Assembly: GCA_014239685.1 (NCBI GenBank)
Contig: JAAZYK010000001.1
Span: forward strand, 1-44,197
Direction of reading: 5' to 3'
Origin: Dehalococcoidia bacterium
GTDB taxonomy: Bacteria > Chloroflexota > Dehalococcoidia > Lucifugimonadales > Lucifugimonadaceae
Length of the DNA: 44,197 bases
In this document: positions 15,862 to 25,162 of the stretch, one piece after another
How the letters are laid out: each line of letters starts with the position of its first letter
How positions within the stretch are numbered: the stretch's first letter is position 1
Translations under genes and position numbers: made by a program
Notes under the pieces: generated by a model
Told to the model about the DNA's origin: nothing
The model's database searches: none
The model's input: the letters and a program-made list of their open reading frames with translations, nothing else

Positions 15862-17142
15862 ATGCCCGGACCTTTGGATGGCGTTCGTGTTTTGGAGTTC
15901 TCACAGATCGTAGCGTTGCCCTTCAACGGTGCGATCATGTCCGATCTGGGTGCCGAAGTGATAAAGGTTGAACCGCTCACAGGCGACCCACATCGCAACC
16001 GCGGCACCGTCATGCCAAACGAAGGGAAGCGATTTCAGTCGTTGAATCGCGGCAAGAAAAGTGTCGCTGTAAATCTTCGTGATTCGCGCGGACTCGCCTT
16101 CATTCACAAGGTTGTTCAGACCGTCGACATCGTGACCATCAACTTCCGCCCCGGTGTATCAAAGCGTCTTGGCATCGATTACGAAACGCTCAAAAATCTC
16201 AACCCCGGGCTTATCTACTGCGAGATTACGGGTTTTGGGAATCGGGGTCCTATGGGAGACCGCGGCGGCACAGATATCGTTGCCAACGGCTACAGCGGCC
16301 TCATGATGGCCGATCAAAAAGTCGATGAGCACGGCCAGCCTGCCAACATAAGCGCCATCTCACTGGCCGATTATTGCGCCGGATTTTCGGCGACTGTCGG
16401 CATTACGTCAGCGTTGTACCACCGGGCGATAACCGGCCAGGGACAAAAGATCGAGACGTCTCTTCTTCAGGCGGCGATAGCGGTGCAGGACACCGTTGTC
16501 ATGCGGGAGCCGGTGCATGACGCCACACTGCGAGATCCGATGGTGGCGGAGATCTTAGATCTCAGGAAACGGGGAGCCGATTACTCTGAGGTTCAGGATG
16601 CTTACCGAAGAGGACGAGGAGCGTCCCGCGTCGCTTCAAGGGCGTACTATTCGACCTACCAAGTGAAGGACGGATCGATGGTGCTCGGCGCGCTGACTCC
16701 AGCGAACCGAGCTGCCGCCCGAACTGTTCTCGGGATCGCATATGATCCGAGCGATGAGCCCGATTTTGACGAATCACAACAGCAAAGCATGGACCAAGCG
16801 ACCGCGCTACATGCCGAGATGCGGTCGACTCTTCGGACTCGCACGCTGGAGGATTGGCTTGAGGCGTTTACGGACGCCGGTGTCCCGGTAGCTCCGGTCA
16901 ACATGCCCGAGGAAATGTCGGACGACCCACAGGTCGAGGCGATGGGCTTTATGCGGGACCTAGAACACCCACTCTTTGGCCCACAGCGACTGGCAGGCCC
17001 TGTGGTTTCAATGTCCGAGACTCCGACCGATATCCGGGGTGTCTCCCCGGGATTGGGTACCGACACAGAGTCCGTGATGCTGGAGGTAGGGATGCTAGAG
17101 CGAGATATAGAGGAACTCCGCGAGGACGGCGTAATCCTGTAG
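15862..17142 (+). CDS. Family III CoA-transferase (CaiB/BaiF/Frc family)
   Basis: ORF 15853.. trimmed to the ATG at 15862 (GGGAGG upstream). LDGVRVLEFSQIVALPFNGAIMSDLGAEVIKVE, ITGFGNRGP, and Asp-containing GGTDIVANGYSG. Confidence 0.9.
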   Translation: MPGPLDGVRVLEFSQIVALPFNGAIMSDLGAEVIKVEPLTGDPHRNRGTVMPNEGKRFQSLNRGKKSVAVNLRDSRGLAFIHKVVQTVDIVTINFRPGVSKRLGIDYETLKNLNPGLIYCEITGFGNRGPMGDRGGTDIVANGYSGLMMADQKVDEHGQPANISAISLADYCAGFSATVGITSALYHRAITGQGQKIETSLLQAAIAVQDTVVMREPVHDATLRDPMVAEILDLRKRGADYSEVQDAYRRGRGASRVASRAYYSTYQVKDGSMVLGALTPANRAAARTVLGIAYDPSDEPDFDESQQQSMDQATALHAEMRSTLRTRTLEDWLEAFTDAGVPVAPVNMPEEMSDDPQVEAMGFMRDLEHPLFGPQRLAGPVVSMSETPTDIRGVSPGLGTDTESVMLEVGMLERDIEELREDGVIL

Positions 17143-17361
17143 GGACCGGCGAGTTGTTCCTGCATCTTCTCCTGATGGAACCTATGTTCTTGTAGCGGAG
17201 TACGTTTTTTTTACGACCTGGATTGTCGCTTAGAACGCCGTAGGGGACAGATAGAACATAAACGCAGTGGAACGATCATCGAGAGATTCCGCGCGTGCCG
17301 ACTTCGAAATGACAGATGATCCCGGCATCAACCCCATAGCTCGCCTTTTAACCATCTCAGA

Positions 17362-17405
17362 AAACATGGAAGAGGGCCGATGTGAATCAGCCCTCTTCCA
17401 TGTTT
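17362..17405. terminator. Perfect 16-bp inverted repeat with 12-nt loop between convergent genes (bidirectional terminator candidate)
   Basis: AAACATGGAAGAGGGC-cgatgtgaatca-GCCCTCTTCCATGTTT. Lies 16 nt beyond the DUF1501 stop (17421). Confidence 0.6.
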
Positions 17406-17420
17406 GCTCTAGGAGTGGAT

Positions 17421-18557
17421 TTATACGGCCGCAGCGAACGGCGAGATCTTCTCAAAGTTCCCGCCAACAATCTCCTGCGCGTCAAGTCCCAGCCAGTCTT
17501 CCAGCAGGTCCGTGTAAAGACCACGGAAATCAAAGTTGTATTGCAGGTCGCCCTCGATCAATCGGCCAACGTCCAGAGACGGGTATTCGGAGTAATGACC
17601 GCCTTTGACGGCATCTCCGATTACGAACGAAACGCCGCCCGAGCCGTGGTCGGTTCCGTTGCCGTTGTCCTTGACTCGACGACCGAACTCGGAGAACACA
17701 AGGATTGTGACCTCCGGGCCAAGATCGTGCTCTTCGAGGTCCTGATAGAAGGCGCGCAGTCCTGTAGAAACCTCTTCCCACAGGCCCCTCTGTAACGAGA
17801 GTTCATTGGTGTGCGTGTCCCATCCACCGGATGTTGTGTAAAAGACGCGGGTGCCTAGATCTGCAAAGTGAACCTGGGCGACGCCTTTAAGGGCCTTTGC
17901 GATCGGGTTGTCGGGGTACTCCACCGTCGACTCGTACATCTTCGGTGCCTGCTTGAGGATGTCGGCGCCTTTTAGTGCGTCCAAACCAGTCTTGCCCAGA
18001 TAGTCCATCACCATCCCGCTGCCGACACCTGGCGTGTAGATGCGACTGAAAGCGGTCAATGCCTTCTCACGCTGCTCTGCTCCAGACATGCCGGTCAGCA
18101 GCCCGTAGTCATCCAGATTGCCGACCGAGGCCACAGGGACGCCTGGTGCCGCTAGAGCGCGTGGGAGGCCGTTGCCAAAGTTAACGGCGGTCACCACGTT
18201 TGAGCCAGTAGGGTCCAATTGGCGAACGGCCTGACCAAGCCAGCCCTCATCACCGACTCTGTCTGGAGTCGCGGTGTGCCAGATGTCCATCGATCGAAAG
18301 TGTGATCGACTGGGGGTCGGGTAGCCGATGCCGTGAACTATGGCAACACGATCCTGATCGTAAAGCTCTTTGAACGCGCCCATTCCTGGGTTAAGTCCCA
18401 GACCATTGTCCAGAGGAATCACGTCTTCCTCGGTGATCCTGACGCCCGACCGCACGTCCTGATACATGGGATCTTCCCACGGAACGACGCAGTTCAGGTA
18501 GTCGTTACCACCTGAAAGCTGGACAATTACCAGCACCTTTTCTCTCTGCTCTGCCAT
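17421..18557 (-). CDS. DUF1501 family protein (alkaline-phosphatase/sulfatase-like fold), no signal peptide
   Basis: VLVIVQLSGGNDYLN, PSRSHFRSMDIWHT and NGNGTDHGSGG are typical DUF1501 motifs. ATG at 18557 with GGAGG 5 nt upstream (alternative ATG at 18569). No twin-arginine leader with either start. Confidence 0.85.
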   Translation of the reverse strand: MAEQREKVLVIVQLSGGNDYLNCVVPWEDPMYQDVRSGVRITEEDVIPLDNGLGLNPGMGAFKELYDQDRVAIVHGIGYPTPSRSHFRSMDIWHTATPDRVGDEGWLGQAVRQLDPTGSNVVTAVNFGNGLPRALAAPGVPVASVGNLDDYGLLTGMSGAEQREKALTAFSRIYTPGVGSGMVMDYLGKTGLDALKGADILKQAPKMYESTVEYPDNPIAKALKGVAQVHFADLGTRVFYTTSGGWDTHTNELSLQRGLWEEVSTGLRAFYQDLEEHDLGPEVTILVFSEFGRRVKDNGNGTDHGSGGVSFVIGDAVKGGHYSEYPSLDVGRLIEGDLQYNFDFRGLYTDLLEDWLGLDAQEIVGGNFEKISPFAAAV

Positions 18558-18656
18558 CGTTTCCTCCATATGGACCCGTTTGCGTCAGGGTTGTCCCGGC
18601 CATCGCTGGCGACCGGATGCCATCGTAGCGCCGTCGTCGTATTAGCGCATTAGTTT

Positions 18657-19673
18657 TTAGACAGTTTCAAATATCTGGAATCGGTGTCTGGCGGTTTCTA
18701 ACACGAGTAACCGGTTATCGCCATATGTCGTCACCGCAACCGGTACCCAGAAATAGGGTTCGGTGCGGGCCGAAACTTCGTAAGGCTCATCGACATCCAG
18801 TTTGGGGTAGGGGTTGAATGCCTCGCGAGCAATCTTTTCATCGTTGTTGGCGTTGATGTAATCAGCCGCCCACGGAGACAATCCGGCTTCACCGAGAACG
18901 ATTGTCTGGAAGTTCCAGTCCTTGTCGAAGACCTGCACACGTTGATTCTGCCAGTCGGCCACATAAATAAACCCGTCGTCATCCACGGCGACCGAAGAAG
19001 GCCGATTGAACTGACCATCTCCGTCTCCGGACTCTCCGTGCGCATCTATGAACACGCCGTCTGCTTCAAAGCGCTGGATTCTGTCGTTGCGCCAGTCGGC
19101 TACGTAGATCGTTCCGTCCGAAACTGTGGTGATGCCCCAGGGGTAGTTGAACTGGCCTTTGGCCGATCCCTCAGAACCAAACGAATCTATATATTCGCCG
19201 TCCGCTGTGTACCGCTGGATACGGTGATTCTTGTGATCTACAACAAGCAGATTGTTTTCGGCATCAAATGCCAATCCTGAAGGGCCATCAAATTCGTTCG
19301 GCCCGGAGCCGGCGGTTCCCCAGTGGCTCACGTAGTTGTTTTCCGAGTCGAAGATGGTGATCCTCTGCATCTTTTCGTCGGCAAGGAACAGGCGATCAGT
19401 GGAGTCGATCGCAATGGCGGTACCCCATTGCATCTCACCGTCGGCGGTTCCGTATCCGGAAAACTCGCCGTGCCAGTTGTGGTCGATGTCTGTGACGCTG
19501 ATGCCCGTTCCGCTGAGGGACCCTTGTCCGCTGCGACTCAAGACAAAAATAAGCCCATCTTTTCGGACAGCGAAGTCGACAGGAAAGTGGTAACCGCGAC
19601 CACCCGCGGCAGCGCCGAAGCCGTTGGTGTCTATGTACTTGAGTTGTCTTTGTTTCCGTATTCCAGTCGTCAT
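18657..19673 (-). CDS. NHL-repeat beta-propeller protein (paralogue A)
   Basis: Repeated blades ...GxGxGQFxxPxGxAxDxxGxIYVADxxNxRIQxF (e.g. VADWRNDRIQRF, VADWQNQRVQVF, VVDHKNHRIQRY). Start trimmed to the ATG at 19673 (GGAG 7 nt upstream), giving 338 aa against 337 aa for paralogue B. Confidence 0.85.
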   Translation of the reverse strand: MTTGIRKQRQLKYIDTNGFGAAAGGRGYHFPVDFAVRKDGLIFVLSRSGQGSLSGTGISVTDIDHNWHGEFSGYGTADGEMQWGTAIAIDSTDRLFLADEKMQRITIFDSENNYVSHWGTAGSGPNEFDGPSGLAFDAENNLLVVDHKNHRIQRYTADGEYIDSFGSEGSAKGQFNYPWGITTVSDGTIYVADWRNDRIQRFEADGVFIDAHGESGDGDGQFNRPSSVAVDDDGFIYVADWQNQRVQVFDKDWNFQTIVLGEAGLSPWAADYINANNDEKIAREAFNPYPKLDVDEPYEVSARTEPYFWVPVAVTTYGDNRLLVLETARHRFQIFETV

Positions 19674-19715
19674 TGGATTACTCCATGTACCGTTCTTGGC
19701 GCACCTGCACACATA

Positions 19716-21161
19716 TCAGGCAAGTTGGTACTCGCGGGTGGAGACGATCAGTTGGAGTAGGGAAGTGATCTTGCCCGCCCCATCCTCGGTCGACGGATCG
19801 ACATCACCTTGCTCACGCACAAAGGCCACGAGGCCATTGAGTGTGCCGTCTTCCACGCGCAGACGCCCCACAAGCCCAAGACAATCTTCCACCAGTGCTT
19901 CGGGTTCAACATTTCCTGACGGATGTCGGTCCCTTATCCGGCTGATTATGGCTTTAACACCTCTCTTGTTGGGCTTGCCGATGGTATCGCTGGCGAAATT
20001 AATCCGCTGGACCATTGAGCCGGTGCTAATCCAATCATCTCCGCCCATCCATCCCTCAACACTTGTCGGGCCAAGAAGCTGCTGTCCCATGTAGTTGCAG
20101 GCAGCGGTGGCCTTGTAAACGTCATCTGTCGGCCAGTCAAAGTCACCGGCCAGGCGCAGAGTGCCAACTACGACCTCTGCCGGGCTCTTGATTCTTGCGA
20201 ACCGTTTAACTTCTGACTTGAAAATGTCTGACTCAAACATCGCTCGGAGCATGGCCCCGATGCTGTAGTCGTTGGCGAAGTAAGCGTCCACCATCAATTG
20301 AATGGCCTCTGGATCCTTGGGCCCTTCGAACGGCCACTGCGGAACGGGAAGTTCGTCGGCCACAAAGTGGTGATACAGGTGGCGAGCGATGAACTGTGGA
20401 GTCGCCGGGTTCTTGCAGATGATGTCAATGACATCTTCACCCGTGAAGTTTCCGGTCTCGCCAAGGAACGTCTTCTCGCCGTCGTCGTGATCCGACTCGT
20501 CGTACTCAAACTGCCATGCAATGTAGCCGTACGGCCTGAGCGTGTTGTTTCGCATCTTTGTCGACATGTACGGCATGTTGGCGATCGTCCAACCTGTGAA
20601 CGCCCGGGCACACTCTTTGACGTCTTCTTCTGTGTAGTTGCCCACGCCCATAGCGAACAACTCGAGAATTTCACGGCCGTAGTTCTCGTTGATGTTGTCC
20701 TTGTGATTGTCCTGGTTATCCAGCCACAGGATCATCGCCGGGTCTTTGGATAGCTGTACGAGAAGTTCACGGAAGCTGCCGAGGCCGTACTTACGGAACA
20801 TGTCTATCTGGCTGATCATGACCTTGCCCTGGATCACCTTCGTCTGTCCCGTGGCAAACACACGGTGCCAGAACAGGGCGATCTTCTCTTCGAATGGCGT
20901 CTTGGTGGTCACCAGTCGGTACATCCAGAACGAGCCGGATGACGGCGGAATGCGCAGGTCGTTATGGTCTGCGTGATACCGGCGAATCAGGTCCACAGGC
21001 AACGGATCTGCGTCACCCGGGTTGAACAGCTGATCAAGCGTTCCTTCGTAGCCGAGCTCGCCCGCTTCCTCAAGTTCTCCAGGGGTCGGCCCGAACCCTG
21101 TCCGGCGCAGCAAATGCGCGATTAGGTCAAGTTCGGTTCCGATATTCGTAGCGGTAGCCAT
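19716..21161 (-). CDS. DUF1800 family protein (paralogue A)
   Basis: AHLLRRTGFGPT hallmark. ORF 19716..21230 trimmed to the ATG at 21161 (GGAGG 8 nt upstream). No signal peptide. Confidence 0.85.
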   Translation of the reverse strand: MATATNIGTELDLIAHLLRRTGFGPTPGELEEAGELGYEGTLDQLFNPGDADPLPVDLIRRYHADHNDLRIPPSSGSFWMYRLVTTKTPFEEKIALFWHRVFATGQTKVIQGKVMISQIDMFRKYGLGSFRELLVQLSKDPAMILWLDNQDNHKDNINENYGREILELFAMGVGNYTEEDVKECARAFTGWTIANMPYMSTKMRNNTLRPYGYIAWQFEYDESDHDDGEKTFLGETGNFTGEDVIDIICKNPATPQFIARHLYHHFVADELPVPQWPFEGPKDPEAIQLMVDAYFANDYSIGAMLRAMFESDIFKSEVKRFARIKSPAEVVVGTLRLAGDFDWPTDDVYKATAACNYMGQQLLGPTSVEGWMGGDDWISTGSMVQRINFASDTIGKPNKRGVKAIISRIRDRHPSGNVEPEALVEDCLGLVGRLRVEDGTLNGLVAFVREQGDVDPSTEDGAGKITSLLQLIVSTREYQLA

Positions 21162-21276
21162 GTAACAGCCTCCAGATATTGTCCTGAATTGTACCGTGAA
21201 CGCGATAACCTTCAAACCATCGCCACACAATCAATTCAACTGTGCATGTCCGTGCTTACGAAATCAGTCGCTCGGA

Positions 21277-22290
21277 CTAGACCTTCTCGTACACTTGGAA
21301 TCGGTGTCTGCCGGTCTCTAGGACCAAGATCCGGGTGTTGTCGTACAAAGCGATCGATACCGGGTCCCAAAAATAGGGCTCCGTCCGGGCCGAAACTTCG
21401 TGGGGATCGTCCACATCAAGTTCCGGATAAGGGTTGAAGGTAGACCTAGCTTCTTTTTCGTCAGCGTTGGCGTCTATGTACTCGGCCGCCCACACAGACA
21501 GTTCGCCGGCACCACGGATACTCGTCTGGAAGTTCCAGTCTTTATCGAAAACCTGGACACGCTGATTGGCCCAGTCGGCTACGAAAATGTTTCCGTCTTC
21601 GTCAACGGCAGTATTGGAAGGTCGGTTGAACTGGCCTTCGCCGTCACCCGACGTACCGTGGGCGTCGATGAATTTACCTTCGTGAGTGAACCGCTGGATG
21701 CGATCATTGCGCCAGTCTGCGACATAAATCACACCGTCCGGCGCAACCGTGACGCCCCAAGGGAAGCTGAACTCTCCATTTCCATCACCGGGGGAACCGA
21801 ACGAATTCAGATACTTACCGTCCGGCGTGTAGCGTTGGATGCGCTGATTCTTGTCATCCACCACGAGAAGGTTTCCGTCACGGTCAAAAGCTATACCAGA
21901 CGGTCCGTCGAATTCGCCCTTGCCGGACCCCTCGGTCCCCCAGTGAGATTCGTAGTTGTGGTCGGCATCGAAGATGGTGATGCGGTGAAGCACTTCGTCG
22001 GCCATGAACAGCCGGTCGCTGGCGTCGAAAGCGATCGCCGTCGCAGAGATGAACTGCCCGGGCGCGGTCCCGCGCCTGGAGATCTCTTCGAACCAGTTGT
22101 GGTCGATATCCGTGATTTTGATGCCGTTGCCGCCCTGAACCGCGTCGCCGCGGCTCAAGACATATATCCGGCCGTCACTTCGCACCGCGAGATCCACAGG
22201 AAGGTAGTAGCCGCGCCCGCCTTGTGCAGCGCCGAATCCGTTTGTGTCGCGGTACTCGAGGCCAAGCCTGGGCCCAGTTTCGGTTGCCAT
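21277..22290 (-). CDS. NHL-repeat beta-propeller protein (paralogue B)
   Basis: 337 aa, collinear with 18657-19673. Shared runs VADWRNDRIQRF, QRVQVFDKDWNFQT and EVSARTEPYFW. Confidence 0.88.
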   Translation of the reverse strand: MATETGPRLGLEYRDTNGFGAAQGGRGYYLPVDLAVRSDGRIYVLSRGDAVQGGNGIKITDIDHNWFEEISRRGTAPGQFISATAIAFDASDRLFMADEVLHRITIFDADHNYESHWGTEGSGKGEFDGPSGIAFDRDGNLLVVDDKNQRIQRYTPDGKYLNSFGSPGDGNGEFSFPWGVTVAPDGVIYVADWRNDRIQRFTHEGKFIDAHGTSGDGEGQFNRPSNTAVDEDGNIFVADWANQRVQVFDKDWNFQTSIRGAGELSVWAAEYIDANADEKEARSTFNPYPELDVDDPHEVSARTEPYFWDPVSIALYDNTRILVLETGRHRFQVYEKV

Positions 22291-22352
22291 AATTCAACTG
22301 CTCCGTAACGATCCTGACTGCCTCTGGCTGTTATGAGGAATCGGATTCAGGA

Positions 22353-23825
22353 TTAGACCAACTGGTACTCGCGGGTCGACACTATCAACTGAAGGACCGA
22401 AACGATCTTGTCCACTCCATCATTGGTGCGGGGGTCTATATCGCCCTGTTCCGTTGCGTACGTGACGATCCCTTCCTTAGTTTCATTTTCTAGCCTGAGT
22501 GAACCGACAAGTTCCAGACAATCATCCACGAGGGCTTTAGGTGCTACGAGTCCTCGAGGGTGACGGTCAGAAATCTGATCGAGGATCGATTTAATGCCCT
22601 TTTTGGTGGGATCACCGACCGTGGCGCTTGCGAAGTTGATCCGTTGCACCATTGAACCGGTGCTTATCCAGTCATCGCCGCCCATCCAACCCTCGACGCT
22701 TACAGGTGCCAACAATGCTTGGCCCATAAAGCCGCAGGCGGCGGTCGCTTTGAAGATATCTGCGGTCGGCCAGTCAAAGCCGCCGGCGAGTCGTAATGTT
22801 CCGACCACAAGCTCGACAGGGCTTTTGATGCGGGCGTACTGAGTGGCCTCTGACTTGAACATCTCGGACTCGAACACCGCTCGCAACATGGCGCCGATGC
22901 TGTAGTCGTTGGCGAAGTAGGCGTCGACCATAAGTTCGATCGCTTCAGGATCCTTCGGACCCTCGAACGGCCACTGAGGCACGGGGAGCTCGTCGGCGAT
23001 GAAGTGGTGGTATAGGTGGCGTGCTATGAACCGTGCGGTGGCCGGGTTCTTACAGATGATGTCGATGATGTCATCGCCGTTGAAGTTGCCAGTCTCACCC
23101 AAAAACGTCTTCTCACCCTCATCATGATCTTCAGGGTCGAATTTATACTGCCAGGCGACGTATCCGTACGGGCGCAACGTGTTGTTGCGCATCCTGATCG
23201 ACATGTACGGCATGTTCGCGATCGTCCAACCGGTAAAAGCTCGCGAGCATTCTTTAATGTCTTCCTCCGAATAGTTGCCGACGCCCATGGCGAACAACTC
23301 GAGGATTTCTCGTCCGTAGTTCTCGTTAATGTTGTCCTTGTGGTTGTCCTGGTTGTCCAGCCACAAAATCATCGCCGGGTTCTGGGAGAGCTGGACGAGC
23401 AGGTCTCGGAAACTGCCGAGACCAAACTGCCTGAACATCTCGATTTGGGTGAGCATTACTTTGCCCTGAATCAACTTGGTCTGACCCGTGGCAAAGATGC
23501 GATGCCAGAACAGCGCGATTTTTTCTTCAAACGGCGTCTTCGTAGTCGACATCCGGTACATCCATACCGATCCCGATGACGGAGCGATCTGTGTAATCGA
23601 CTGGTCGGGATGGTACCTACGGATGATGTCCGAAGGCATCGACTCTGGGTCGCCCGGGTTGAAGAGAAGGTCGAGCGTCCCCTGGTAACCGAGATCGCCG
23701 GCAGCCTGAAGCTCTTCCCACGTTGCGCCAAACCCTGCGCGTCGCAACAGATGGGCAATGAGCTCGGTGTCGGTTCCGGATTTTGCGGCGGTAGTCAAGA
23801 TCAACGTCTCCCGGGCTTCACCCAA
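22353..23825 (-). CDS. DUF1800 family protein (paralogue B)
   Basis: AHLLRRAGFGAT. Long identical runs with paralogue A (AMILWLDNQDNHKDNINENYGREILELFAMGVGNY, VEGWMGGDDWISTGSMVQRINFAS). TTG start at 23825 has no SD; a TTG at 23798 behind GGGAG is an alternative. Confidence 0.85.
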   Translation of the reverse strand: MGEARETLILTTAAKSGTDTELIAHLLRRAGFGATWEELQAAGDLGYQGTLDLLFNPGDPESMPSDIIRRYHPDQSITQIAPSSGSVWMYRMSTTKTPFEEKIALFWHRIFATGQTKLIQGKVMLTQIEMFRQFGLGSFRDLLVQLSQNPAMILWLDNQDNHKDNINENYGREILELFAMGVGNYSEEDIKECSRAFTGWTIANMPYMSIRMRNNTLRPYGYVAWQYKFDPEDHDEGEKTFLGETGNFNGDDIIDIICKNPATARFIARHLYHHFIADELPVPQWPFEGPKDPEAIELMVDAYFANDYSIGAMLRAVFESEMFKSEATQYARIKSPVELVVGTLRLAGGFDWPTADIFKATAACGFMGQALLAPVSVEGWMGGDDWISTGSMVQRINFASATVGDPTKKGIKSILDQISDRHPRGLVAPKALVDDCLELVGSLRLENETKEGIVTYATEQGDIDPRTNDGVDKIVSVLQLIVSTREYQLV

Positions 23826-23918
23826 ATGAGTTAATGAGTTGGGCGGATTGTAACGGTTGGTTGGGAAGCTTCAAACTCGTGTCACTTTCGATGGGTATCG
23901 GACCAAATGGTCAAGTTA

Positions 23919-25088
23919 TTAGGGACCCGTTCCGTTGCTCGAGTCAGATCTCAAGGTCGGATCGTAATCGGCGACCAGATCGGCTAGCTTCCGGCGGTGA
24001 TATTTGGGGTCACCAAGTGAGTGGTAAAGAGAACGCGAAAGCTGTGTAAAAAGTGATAGGCCGTACTCCCGCATGACGCCCACCCCGGCGTGTACTTCAT
24101 GCGCGTAGTTGGTCGCCTGAACGAACCCCTCGCTAGTGACAGCCTTAGCGAGATGCACCGAGATTTCCTGATCTGGCCTGTGTGCGTCGATTTTCCACAA
24201 AGCCTCGTAGGTGGTCCAGCGCGCTGAGTCAAGGTGGTTTACAAGTTGCACGATGTGGTTCTGGACGTGCTGAAATCGACCGATTAGCTGTCCGAACTGA
24301 ACTCGCTCACGGCTGTACTCAACAGACATGTCGTAAACAGCCTGGGAACCGCCAACTTTGAACGCGCAAAGGATCGGTGTGGAGTGCCGCAGAGCCGCCT
24401 CGAAACCGCTCAACGCCGAGGCCGATCCTCCAAGCAGTGCGTCACCCGGGACGTCGACGTTATCGAAGGTCACTTCGCACTCTGTGGTGAGGAAGCCTTC
24501 AATCCTCCGAATCGATACACCAGGAAGCGCCGTATCCACCATCAGGAAACCTATATCGGCGGGATTGTCGCCGGTACGCACCGCCGTGATTAGGTAGTCT
24601 GCCGTGATGGCGTCGTACACAAAGAGCTTGGTACCGTTCAACCCGTAACTATTCCCACGACGCTCGATCTTGAGCTGAATCCCGTCAACTCCCCACGCCC
24701 AGTCCGGCTCTGTAATAGCGAGCGCAACTACACTCTGGCCGCTGGCGATCTTCGGAAGATATTCCGCCCTCTGGGGCGGGTCGCCGAGCGCTAGCAATGT
24801 GTGCGCTGCCAGTACGCCGGACGAGAAGAATGGACCCGGGACCGGCCCATATCCAAGGGCCTCGTACACGACCGCTGTATCGGTGAGGCTGCTACCGCTC
24901 CCGCCGTACTCCTCCGGGATCACCATGCCAAGCCAGCCGATTTCGGCGGCCTTACTCCACGTGTCCCGTGAGTAACCTTCATCAGTCTCTACGAGCTCGA
25001 TGATTGCCTCACGAGGGGATTCGTGGGCGATGAAGTCCTCGACTCCGGACTTCAGTAGCTGCTGCGTTTCTGTGAGGGAAAGATCCAT
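23919..25088 (-). CDS. Acyl-CoA dehydrogenase-fold protein, apparently degenerate (beta-subunit-like)
   Basis: 389 aa with ACAD architecture. AITEPDWAWGVDG replaces the TEPxxGSD motif, and SLYHSLGD sits where the catalytic-Glu motif (Y/I)EGT is expected. Confidence 0.8.
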   Translation of the reverse strand: MDLSLTETQQLLKSGVEDFIAHESPREAIIELVETDEGYSRDTWSKAAEIGWLGMVIPEEYGGSGSSLTDTAVVYEALGYGPVPGPFFSSGVLAAHTLLALGDPPQRAEYLPKIASGQSVVALAITEPDWAWGVDGIQLKIERRGNSYGLNGTKLFVYDAITADYLITAVRTGDNPADIGFLMVDTALPGVSIRRIEGFLTTECEVTFDNVDVPGDALLGGSASALSGFEAALRHSTPILCAFKVGGSQAVYDMSVEYSRERVQFGQLIGRFQHVQNHIVQLVNHLDSARWTTYEALWKIDAHRPDQEISVHLAKAVTSEGFVQATNYAHEVHAGVGVMREYGLSLFTQLSRSLYHSLGDPKYHRRKLADLVADYDPTLRSDSSNGTGP

Positions 25089-25162
25089 GAATGTTTAAAC
25101 TGGCTTTCTTCAGGAGTTTTTAGGCTGGGCGAAGTATCGAAAATAAGATGGCATATGCCCAC

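Noticed and set aside
21400-22308. 302-aa plus-strand ORF covering almost the whole NHL paralogue B gene. Similar long antisense ORFs lie at 5577-6482, 6364-7179, 31682-32644, 35367-36044 and 12477-13016.
   Set aside because: All lie exactly antisense to genes with strong family motifs. They have Arg/Pro/Ser/Val-rich, low-complexity compositions typical of mirror ORFs in GC-rich DNA. None has an SD or recognisable domain.
23826-23845. Short tandem ATGAGTTA-ATGAGTTG upstream of DUF1800-B.
   Set aside because: It is an 8-bp imperfect repeat in a 93-bp intergenic spacer, indistinguishable from chance.
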